A stretch of 58,844 nucleotides of DNA, the filler included, from Asterionella formosa (Eukaryota), in assembly GCA_002256025.1 (NCBI GenBank). It is 6 parts of 6 records of this genome, joined end to end, with 100 filler letters (N's around TTAATTAATTAA, not from the genome) between each part and the next. Parts side by side here need not be neighbours in the genome. Positions count along the whole stretch, not along the records: positions 19,734 to 29,451 come from NKIB01010285.1; positions 29,552 to 39,267 come from NKIB01010287.1; 4 more parts are not named here. One strand, written 5' to 3'. Both the position numbers and the translations under genes were made by a program. Numbering within the stretch: the first letter of the stretch is position 1; the number at the start of each line of letters is the position of its first letter. Positions 23,127-33,880 of this stretch are shown here, in pieces. Below the pieces are notes generated by a model. It was not told where the DNA came from. It searched no databases and saw nothing but the letters and a program-made list of their open reading frames with translations.

Positions 23127-23852
23127 GAGCCGTATGGAGAAGTGAGGATTTTCCTAGTAATATGATCTTCCAGGTATAGGAGCTAGGAGGACGAGGGCAT
23201 TTTCCTAGTTTATATAATCTACCAGTAGAGTAGACTAACAATACTAGGATTTGTAAAATGACACCGGATCAGAGCGAGCAAATCTCCTAAATAGCTACTT
23301 GTTTTCCTTTTAATTGCTTTGCATGGACAGTCTACTCTCTCTTTGAATTGATAGTATCACGACTTCTTAGTAATGTAGGTTGTATGCTAATTATTTCGTC
23401 TACATATGGAAACATCAAAACGACGAGGCAAATGGCTGGAAAAAGAAAATGACAATGAACAGGGCAATTGAGGGGTGGCCCGAAGCAAAAAGTAAGCAAG
23501 ACTTGCTTACTTTGCTTTTTCTCTCTAAACTCAAAATCTATCTTCTTTTTTGTCCGAAGTGATGAAAACAACCAATAATGAACAGTTCTATATCAATTAG
23601 GATTTGATTATTCATATGCTAGTGTCATCATCTGTAACAATTAGTGGGAACAAACAATATTCTCCCTCTGATGTTGCAATTCCTTTCTACATATCAAACA
23701 CTGGAGTAGACAGGTAGTGGTTATTCATCAAATCCAAGTCGTGTTCTGTCACGTCGTGTTCTGTTACTCGAACTCTTGTTCACCTACTCCTACTGGTAAT
23801 GGTAATCAGCAACTGGATGACGGTTTGCTAATGGAATTAATCAATCAATAAC

Positions 23853-23960
23853 TTCTAGTCATAGTCGGCAATTTCTATTCTTAGTCAGCCGTTTCTTGTA
23901 CTGTAGTCCGCAGTTTCTAGTCGTAGTCAGCAGTTTCTGGTCAATGTCAGCAGATTTCTA
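23853..23960 (+). repeat. ~20-bp minisatellite (consensus ttctagtcgtagtcagcag)
   Basis: About five diverged tandem units. The same unit occurs at 45653-45897. Confidence 0.8.
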
Positions 23961-24500
23961 CCGGTAGTTGCATGCCATAGTCTCCAACTGGATCAGCAAT
24001 CAGAAACAAAGAGCCATTTTGAAAATGTCAATGGACTATTAATAGACAATACTTAAATAGAGAATCAAACAAAATTTCGTTCCACCTACAGATTCCCGTA
24101 GTGTAGCGTGTTGCATACGCATTGTGAAAGTGTCAAATCTGTTCGTAACTTCGTCGTTTTGAATTGTGCATTGTCATCTAAACTACGTGAAGCAATGCGC
24201 AATCGGCGACATCAATTTTCGTTGTCAATATTAGGGTTATTACAATTTTTTTTACGATTGTATGATTTTATGTTGTGTTAAATATTTTTACAAAATAGCA
24301 TAGTGTCATTTTCAATTTCCGTGGAGAAATTCGTTGTTTCGACATGGTCAAGGCGGAGATGGCATGATGCAGGATTCTCCAGTTGCGCACAAGAACTACA
24401 CTGCAGCATTTAATATACAGAAATAAATTGCAACATCTAAGCTAAGTAATTATACATGAGGGGAGGCAGGACAATGAATGAAACGGTATAAACAAAAAAA

Positions 24501-24865
24501 GATAATCTGTTTTACAGCTCATTTGTACTCACCTTCTTCAAGGCAAGTATTCATTGTGCTACCTGCCGACAAGACCACTGCTTCTCTAGTTTTGTAAACA
24601 TAGGTGAGTCCTCAACCACCTTTTGCGAAAGGTGATTGTCTTAGCCGCAGTGTCCTTTACGGAATTCTGACCCCATAGGAAGGTGGCACAAGCTGCTTGA
24701 AGGGGGGCAAACCAACTATTTGCTTCTTGCACACCAGGCAAGACCGTGCAAGACGGTAAGGAGTGTGGGAGTCGAACCCAACAATTGCTTGTCAAAAAGT
24801 TGCGGGAATTGAACCACACAACTTCAGATCAAAGCAATGTGCTCAACCAACAAAGCCATTCCCTC
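24501..24865 (-). mobile_element. tRNA-derived SINE-like element, family A, copy 2
   Basis: Minus strand begins gagggaatggctttgttggttgagc (A box/D arm) and carries B boxes ggttcaattcc and gggttcgactccc. It ends before a T7 run. Paralogue at 16874-17245. Confidence 0.75.
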
Positions 24866-24896
24866 GTAAATATATACAATATAATATATATATATA

Positions 24897-25113
24897 GGGG
24901 AATGGCTTAGTAGTGGAAAGCACACCCACTGTGGTGGCGGGTTCGATTCCTGCACTCTCCACCTGTCTTTTTCATGTAGTCCCTAGGGTTCCGGGAGGTG
25001 TGGCAGACAAAAAGACAGGTCCCGTTGTACCGTACGGACGATTAAAACCGGTACTAATTGTGTCGCTCTATTTGGTGGGACCAAGTACAATCATTGGATA
25101 GCTTCACTGTACT
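24897..25113 (+). mobile_element. tRNA-derived SINE-like element, family B (tRNA-like head 24897-24961)
   Basis: GGGGAAT/ACTCTCCA acceptor-like stem, D arm GCTT/AAGC with A box, T arm GCGGG-TTCGATT-CCTGC, truncated anticodon arm, then a hairpin-rich body. Flanks are TA-rich. Confidence 0.6.
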
Positions 25114-26543
25114 ATATAATTTCATTGACACTTCATAACATATATACATAATACACAACAGCAACAGGAGCATCACAACATTTGTCATTTGCTGCCGTTG
25201 ATCGATCATTGTACCAGCTCCCCTGCCATAGATTTTCTTCTTTTGATTTGGTGCTGAAAGACTGTTACTCTTGTGATTATCAGAACAGATATGTTGTTGG
25301 CTATTCAATTCATCATGACAAGATCTCTTGCAGGCATTTAATTTCTGGTCGAAATGTTTTGAAGATGGCTCAGCTTGCTCTCATGAATTGGAAGGAGGCC
25401 TTAGCATTTGGTTCGCAATTTTTACTCCCTGATGGAAGTTTGCCTACTGACTTATGGGAAAATTGTAGAGGACTACGAAAACCATGTTCTAACCAGGTGT
25501 TTCAATACCTAAAGGGTTGAACTAGCTACAGTGACCCAGCTAACGATGATGAGGAAGATGATAAGGATGAGGATGAGGAAGCCATCAGTGCTGTGGCATC
25601 TGATGATAATGTTGAGATGCCACTTGATTTTTCCCCCATGGCTGGGTTGGATTTAAATTTTTTTCTCATTTGCTCCCGATGAATGTATGTCAATTCTATT
25701 GCTCACCAAAGATTGTGGCAGTGGAAGAAAAGAGGCAGCAAGTCGTTCTGCTGACAGAATATTGGCTGCAGAGGAACGAAGTGTCAGACAGCACTCATCT
25801 GATATTACAATCATTGATGGATCCAGTGGAACAGCCAACCTTAAACATTTCAAAGTTGAATCATTGGGCGAAGCTGCCAGGTTAGCTTTATCTGAGGATT
25901 TGTTGAACTTCTCAGCCAATCTGCAGCATGCACTTTTGATTGGATCAAGGGTCTTCTGCAGCATCTGGAGAGATACCCTTGCTTTGGAACGTATAATGTT
26001 TGCAAACATTCAAAACAAGCTTGAAATGATATTAGATACAAAACTTGATTCAATTACAAATGAGATTGACAATATGTCTACACAAAGGACAAGAAAGGAG
26101 TGCGAAAATGTGGTTGATGAGTACTAATAATCAAAGAAGACAAATGTAATTCATCACTCCAGCCCTATGTCAGATGATATTCCTCATTCAAGTCCAATGT
26201 CAGTCAGGTACATGATCTCACCTGCTGCCAATGGCTTGGGTATATCAGCAATGCGTTCTGCAACTTCTACATTGCCAGCTGAAATTGTCGCTCCTGTTTC
26301 AAGGCGCCCAACACCAATAGAAAAAGTGACAACACATGGGCAAATTAGCCATTCCAAGTGGTGATTGGTGGGAAGGCCAAATAACCTGATATAGTATTTT
26401 ATTTTCTTGCTTGGACTGTATGTTGTATTGTTTCAATTGCATATATCGCTATGGTTATTGGTCATCATTTACAAAAATAACATTAAGTGATGGCCAAACA
26501 ATCTTGTTTTGTTTCCATAATATATCAAAATGTTCAATGAGTA

Positions 26544-26919
26544 CTGAAGGCAATACACGCCCGAGGTGGTCTCTTGCCTTCGAGAACATGTGTTCGAGGC
26601 TGGGTTGCAAGAGTCGGTTGACCATACGAGTGGCGCCTCCGGCGCTGCTAGAAGGTCACCCTACGACTGCCATCCCAGCCAAGTACACATATATACGAGA
26701 AGGGAAGTAGCCGCCGAGAAGGGTATTGTTGAGGCAATTCCCGCTCTAGCTTATCATCTTGCCATTCGGGTACTTCTAAGTAATTTTTAGGCTCTAAGTA
26801 ATTTTGGCAATATGGGGCACATCGGGCGCCACTCGTACAGTCAACATACTCACGCCACCCAACCTCGAACACATGTATACTCGCAGGCAAGAGACCACCT
26901 CGGGCGTGTGTTGCTTCAG
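26544..26919. mobile_element. MITE-like element with ~95-bp terminal inverted repeats and a nested fragment of the GCAATTCCC family
   Basis: ctgaaggcaatacacgcccgaggtggtctcttgcct...ggcgcc (26544-26637) is the inverse of ggcgccactcgta...aggcaagagaccacctcgggcgtgtgttgcttcag (26826-26919). 26734-26824 matches a deleted version of the 19097 terminus. Confidence 0.75.
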
Positions 26920-27675
26920 CAATTCCCGCTCTAGCTATCGTCGCGTCATTCGCTTACCTACTGCCCACAAATAAAGCATAAATGTCAATTTTAGCCTACT
27001 ATTGCCCATCATACAAAATATAATTCATATATTTCCTATCTTCACCTCGAAAATTGCCGAAGGTCCGATATTGCCCATCATTAAAATAAATTTTGTATCT
27101 GTCATATGTTCGCATTTTGGCAAGACAACAGACGCCAATTGCCCCTCGGTTTTCCAGCCCTGGGATTGCCGAAATCGGCAAGGGGTCTACTTAAGGAAAC
27201 CATTTTATATACTTTTCAGATTTTAATAATTTATATCTAGAATTCACCTCGTTTTGTTCGTCTCCTGAAAAGTGGACTCCGGCAATTCACCTTTCACCAT
27301 GCCTATTGTCGTCCATCATGACCGGTTTGAAGCGAAATCAGTTCCGCGTTGACGCCAGTAGAAACTCGTTGTCTAGCTAATGGATGCAGTTGATTGTTGG
27401 ATTGCTTGTCTTCTCGAGGGATTCATGTAGTCGCATCGTCCATATTTCCTCGGACGAATGATGATATCGATACATCTGATGTTGGTGGCAAGTTTTTGCT
27501 CCAGTCATGCATGCGATGATGCTCTACCGATACCGGCAGTCATCTGCTGGTCTACATATGTACATGGTACTAAAAACAACCATGCATGGTTTAAGCTATA
27601 CTTTAACGCTTACTTTGAAAACGTGATTATATTATCTCTGTTGACTCAGTATTATTTTTACGAGACCTGAATGTC

Positions 27676-28110
27676 GGTCTTCGATTGTGTGGTGATGGAA
27701 AGTCAATGTTGCCTGTGTAAAAGTACCACTACAATGATTCACAATGCATATGTCTCCATTGAAACTCTTATTTTTTACTTCATTTCTACCCCAAAACAAT
27801 TTTTTCTATTTCTCATTTGATGCTACTTATTACATCGCATTTCATACTTAGGTTGCTCCAAACCTCTTGTTCAATTTTCATTGATGTTGCATGTTACAAT
27901 CATTCTCATGTGTTTTACGCTTGTTTTACCATCTCTATGCATATTAGCGTTATTCTGGTTGTCATGCTAAAATCGGCATTTTTAGCTATTGCCGAAAAAT
28001 TCGATGTGCCCCATATTGCCCTTAAAAAAAATTACTTAAGAAATTACTTAGAGCCTAAAAATTACTTAGAAGTACCCGAATGGCAAGACCATAGCTGGAG
28101 CGGGAATTGC
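27676..28110 (-). mobile_element. Inverted copy of the 19097-19525 transposon end
   Basis: Reverse-complement match is visible in the DNA and in the near-identical spurious ORFs 19190-19387(-) and 27817-28116(+). Confidence 0.8.
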
Positions 28111-28294
28111 TCTTGAAGAACTGTAGACTTGAGAAAAGCCGGGCCACTTGAACATTGTCAATTTATTTATGCGCACATCAACATATATAAATGCCGGCAA
28201 AACATGTAAAATATGCATAGGCATTACAAAATATAACCTGGTGTATGATGTGTCTGACTCCTATTATTTACTCGGGGTGGTACCTGGTACCTTG

Positions 28295-29451
28295 TGCTAA
28301 ATTTCGACTCCAAGTAGCGTCCCACTTTATCTTGGCCCCAATCATACCACACTCCCAAATGCTTCTTCAAAGGGCCAAGCTCCTTAATTGTGAAGTGCTT
28401 CTTGATTTCATTTTTGAACCATTTGATATCATTTGGCTTTCCAGCAATTGCACAATCATCGACATGTGTGGCAATTATTAGGATTAGTGCATTGTTTTCC
28501 TTGATGAAGAATACACATGGATCGACCTTGCTTTGCCGCAATCCAACTTTGGTTAAGTTTTGAACCATCTTCTTGAAGAATTATAGCACTGCTTGAACTG
28601 CGCCATACATGGCCTTCTCCAACTTAATGCATTTGTTTTTCATTGTTTCTTGTGTCTCGAAATCAAAGTCTAAAACCCCATCTGGCCATTCAATAAAGAT
28701 TTGCTCTTCCATGTCTCCTTCAAGAAAAGCAGCTTCAACATCAATGATTTCACAAACCCATCGTTTTTCTTCAGACTTATCCCATTTGTATAACGAGAGA
28801 GCGAATATCATACGCATTGAAGCATATGTTGCAACTGGAGCAAATGAATCAGTGAAATCCAGTCCTGGGATCTGAACGTAGCCTTTCACTACAATACGTC
28901 CTTTGTATCGAATACTTTTATCCTGCTCGGATTTCTTCTGGAATACACAACGTGTGCCTAACGGTTTTCTGCCCTTAAGATTTTCACGAGGAACCATTTT
29001 CCAAATATTTCGCTTGTAGAAGTTGTTGATTTCATTTTTAATAGCAACGGTACATTACTTGCTCTCATCTCCTTTCATTCTAGCCTCCTTTTAATGCTTT
29101 GGCTCACCAGGATCTGAAGCAAGAGCAGTTGAATACGCAAAGAACCTCTCTACTCCTTCTTCACTTTGAAATGTTTTATCATCATCTTGATAGGCCGCTT
29201 CGTCACCAGCATAATCGATTTCATCAATTAATCCTTTGTCCTTGTCACCTAGTTGTAAGTTTCGCCGAGCACTGGTGCGTTTGCCAGTAACTTCTTTCCA
29301 ACCATCAAGGCGTTTCAATTCTCTTTCCAATTTTGCTTTCTTCGAAGCATCTTTGTTGATCTCATCATCTAACTTCCCCACTGCTTCGGATAGCTGAAAT
29401 CTTGTTTGTTTCACATCTGGAACAGGTGGTTTCCAAATCAATATCCTGCTG
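28295..29451 (-). mobile_element. Degenerate Ty1/Copia pol fragment (RVT_2 reverse transcriptase)
   Basis: YKGRIVVKGYVQIPGLDFTDSFAPVA, IDVEAAFLEG, LEKAMYG, SKVDPCVF, HVDD and ELGPLKKHLG motifs. In-frame stops (e.g. 28581, 29091); 3' truncated before RNase H; 5' end in a gap. Confidence 0.92.
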
Positions 29452-31244
29452 NNNNNNNNNNNNNNNNNNNNNNNNNNNNNNNNNNNNNNNNNNNNTTAAT
29501 TAATTAANNNNNNNNNNNNNNNNNNNNNNNNNNNNNNNNNNNNNNNNNNNNCATCAAACAAATAAGATGTTTCCTATTTACAGACGACTACTTTGCTTAC
29601 TTTATCTTTTTTCGTAAATGAAGATGCGAATCGCCAATAATTATCCTTCAAAGTAGAATGTTAGGTAAACTTTGAAAAGCATTATTTGAAACATCACCTA
29701 ATTCAGTTTCGAGTTCAATTTTTAGCTTTAAACATCACATGAAAACCATTAAATGTAGCCTTATTTTCGGAAGAAAGTGACATCGATTCATGTAAATTAC
29801 CAAATTATTCACACCGCTATTTTGTGAAATTTCGAAACGCAGCGTATTACGTGGTTTAGATGAAGTAGACAGCGTTTCACTTGCATGAGTTTTTGGTGGC
29901 GGGTCATCACAAAATTAGCAACATGGCTGGAGCTGAAGGATTTTTATACTTCCGTGATCAAGCTTATACTCACCTACCCATTTCCACCCATACGCATTCT
30001 TGTGTTCGAAGCGGCAGTAGTGTTGCCACAAGGGAAGCATTCTTGCTTTGAACGAAATTGGCAAGATGATAGAGTAAACGAAAATAATCTTTTAATCTAT
30101 GATTTTCACACATAATCCATAAAATGGTTGGCAAGATGCATTGCAACCCTATTATCCAAAGATCAGCAGGAATGGCTGTAATACTACCAAAAGGCACTGG
30201 TATTGGATTGGGAATATTTCGGTGCTCACTCATTGGATTATCATTGACTCATTGTGAAGTAGAGCAGGTCTATCCCATTTGTTTGTAGTACATGCTATAG
30301 TAGTACAGTCTTCAATAATTCAGTACCGACTTTTAATTACATAGTGGTGCATTCCAAAATGCGGTCTGTGCTGAAAGGCATAACCACTTCTATACTGGAT
30401 TTATAGACCAGTAGAAAAGTTAGATAGTGATCAACCATAGGGTTAGAATGTCTGCAAATCAAGGCAGCATGATGCTCAATCACATGGTTCATCAAATAAT
30501 GCATGTCAGTATCTTATACTTTCTGCCCCAGAGTGTGGCCTCAAATTGATTCTTATAAATATCAAGCAACTGGCTGCTTGTTGACCTGACTTCTTCCATG
30601 AGAAATTCCTGGTAAACTGGGCAACAAAGTTTAGCTTTAGAAAGTCAAGCTAAACCATCATAGAAAAAGGAAGATTTTGCCTCTGGATATAGGAGAACGA
30701 CCCTGGCTGAACATGGAATCATGGTCTCAATGCCCAATTGTATGGCCATAAATTTGTGGATGAACTGATGAAATGGATGGCTTGATTGATTTTTCTCTTG
30801 AGTATTATTTTCTGAGATGGTGGCCTCTGATAGCTTATTATATAACTGTTACATATTGAGAAACAAGCACTTTATATTGTGCACAAAAGTTCGCTTCAAC
30901 ATCACTCAGGAAGTTTCCTGACTGATCTGAGGATGGAAATGGATTTTTCAGCATGACTTCTACGTAATGTATATACCGGTATAACGTAACCATACCAGTG
31001 CCGGTATATATTTTAGTGAGAGGAACTACAGTACCGGTAATTGCAGCCAATAATGAATATATATATATTTAGTGGATTTATGAATATATATCTAAGTCTA
31101 AAGAAATTTTAGAAATAAAAAGGAAAATATGTATGGGATAAAATGAGTGATGAGTTAAACGTAAGGATTGCTAAATTTGGTGCCGCGCTAAAGTTGCATA
31201 AATTAGCAAGATTGTCGTGTTGAAAGGTCTCGAAGCAACTACAT

Positions 31245-33317
31245 ATGACGGACAACGATTCGAAATCACGGCGCGCTTTACCTCAGCGTGCCGCGAAGCG
31301 AAAGCAAGATGAAATCGAGGAAGAGAACCTTCCGGAGAAGAAATCGAAAGTTGAGGTTGATGATTCCCCTCCAACCGATGACACAACATCGCCCCAAAAG
31401 CGCCTTTCCTACCGATGGATCGACACTGGTGATGCAGTGCAAGGTGGTGCCACAGATCACAGTTTATTGGAAGTTGTTGTTGATGGGGTAAAATCCATCA
31501 TTGCTGTTGGCGACTGCGTCTTGCTGAGAAGTTCGGAGTACGATGATAGCCATGGAACGCTAAGCCCACACTTGAAAAAAAGACTAGCTCAACGAGTTGC
31601 TTTTGTAGCGAAAGTAGAGAGAATGTGGGAAGAAACCGGACGGAAGAAGCTTCGCGAAGATCGGATGAAGATTCGCGCGAGATGGTTTTTCAAGGTACGT
31701 TCCTACACAACAAACAACGTCAACTCTGTGACCTAGCTCATTGACTTCAAATTACATAGCAAGAAGACGTTGACGGTCTTGGCGGTGCAATGATTGGCCC
31801 GATAAGTCGGCTCCAGCTCGTGGGGATGATGACAAACCGTGACCTTATTCTGAGCAATCAAGTCGACGACAACGACGTTTCAACTATTTTAGGCAAATGC
31901 ACGGTAATAATGCGACGGCCATCAGAGAACGATCCTATCCCAAACCTTCCACTTTGTACTTTTGTAGCTCGATACAGTATTCATTTTGGAGAAACACCAG
32001 GATCTGCTGTACTTGCACCCTTCGGAGGGGAGGATGACCTTTGGCCCTTGGATGAGGCGACAGATGATCAGTCTGGGGAATATTTGGACGTGTCATCACA
32101 GGCAGTGGACGAAGGCGAGAGCGAGACTTTAATTGAAGAAAGGAACCCCAAGGAGACTGCTATCTCGTCTGAAAATGATACAGGAAGTGATGGCACGACA
32201 TCCTCGTCTTCTAGGTCTGATGATCTGGTTTATGGGGAGGGTAGCACCAAGGGTCGTATTATGGTAGGACCAGGTCACCAAGCTACTGTTGTACCGTACA
32301 GTGGCAGGCTAGAAGTAGCCAACAGAAACCCAACGCAAGTATGGAAGCCAAATCTCGTGGTCCAGAGGGATTTGGATGCTTTCTTATCCCGGTCTGCTGA
32401 TATTCTGACTCCATACCTCAAGCAGAATAGTCTCAAAATGGAAGACCCATATTTACCACTTCCCACAGAAAAGGTTGACGTATTGATTGGAAGGAATTCA
32501 CCTGATGAATTCTTGACTCTTTCGGATGTGAGCACGGCTTCTTCCATGTCCCAAAATTGCAACACGCTCACACGGGAGTGTAAAATCGACGATCTCCTTG
32601 CGATACTCCACAGCAAGAAATATGATGTCGCTGCAGCTCTGGATGCTGTTGCTTTGTCCCCTCGAGACTACGTTACCTCATGGAGCGCAAAAGAAAAGGA
32701 CTTGTTTGACACGGGCTTTAGGAGATATGCTGGATCGCTGCGAATGATTAGCAAGGGAATCGCCATATCAAAAAGTTTCAAGGATGTTGTCGACTATCAC
32801 TACCGGTTCAAAATTCCAGACCAGTTCCGTCGCTACCAAGACAAGAAACGAGAGAGCGCTGTACAAATGATGAATATTGTTGAAGGCCGAAAAAGTGCTG
32901 AATCACTCGTCCAAAGCAGATCCGATGAAATGGTTGCAGCTGCCAGAGTGCAACGAGCGAAAAAATCGCTTGAGAAGAGAAGGGCTCATGAGTGGTAAGT
33001 GACTTTGTTGTTATATTTTGCTATTTGTGATACTAGATGTCTAACAAAAATCCACATTCCTCTCGTTCAGGGCGAAAACGGCGATGACTGACGTTATCGG
33101 AGCAGCTGAAGATAGGCGTGCAACAGCCAAAGAACTTCTTTTGTCGATTCAACGAGAACTTGGTACTGATGTGATGTCCCAAATCACTGAGGCAATCAAG
33201 CTCTTTCATCAAAGGTCAGTCTCTGATTTAAAAGAGAAAGCAGTCGAGCTCCTTCACGAGAAACCCGAATTACTTGAGAGATTCCTTGACTTTCTCCCAA
33301 AGCGCTTTCGGTTCTGA
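31245..33317 (+). CDS. BAH-ELM2-SANT chromatin co-repressor-like protein with C-terminal PAH/HHD-like domain; exons 31245-31694, 31760-32994, 33071-33317
   Basis: BAH (IAVGDCVLL, FVAKVERMWEE, IRARWFFK), ELM2 (IMVGPGHQA), SANT (WSAKEKDLF...KSFKDVVDYHY) and PAH-like (LLHEKPELLERFLDFLP). GT-AG introns 31695-31759 and 32995-33070 (ctaac branch point) both preserve frame. Confidence 0.88.
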
Positions 33318-33880
33318 AAGGGCATGATCAGTTTACTTCATCGGGAGGCATTAACTTGAAAGGGCTTCCCAGAAGGTAAAATATTCTATTGCTTCCATGG
33401 AGTTCTCAGAATCAATTTTACTTCATCGCCTCATCGAGAAATTTCATTCGCTTCATAATGGAACCTACGTAATGCACAAACTCCATAGCTTCAAGTGTTC
33501 TTGCCTGCCAAGTATCTCGCATAATTGACTGAATATGGATGTTAAGGCTTGTTCCAAGTAGTTTAGGAGCCAAGGCGATTATTGCAGATAAATATGAGAT
33601 TGCTCTCATGTGTTTTCTTCGCTCTGCGTTAGGCAACCTGTCAAAGTTGTATCTACTAAATATACATCACGTTTGGAAGAAGCTCGATTGCACACCTTGG
33701 TGCTATATAGACCATTTCAGTTATCAAATAGTTTCAAATAATATTAGTTGTAGAAATTTTAAGATAAAGACTATCCTTTGTGAAAGGTGAGTCCACAAGT
33801 CATAATGCCCTGCATGGCTTCTTGGACACAACAACCGAAGTATCTTTGGCAGAAGGATGCAATCCAATAAAAAATAAAGG

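Noticed and set aside
24897..24961. Functional tRNA gene
   Set aside because: Only 65 nt, no canonical anticodon loop or variable region, and an acceptor-stem mismatch; treated as a SINE-like head.
19190..28116. Paralogous small ORFs 19190-19387 and 27817-28116
   Set aside because: Non-ATG spurious frames inside the repeated transposon end.
29552..30900. Possible decayed coding or TE sequence (also 15500-16800 and 37600-39267)
   Set aside because: No motif or repeat boundary I could identify; needs a homology search.
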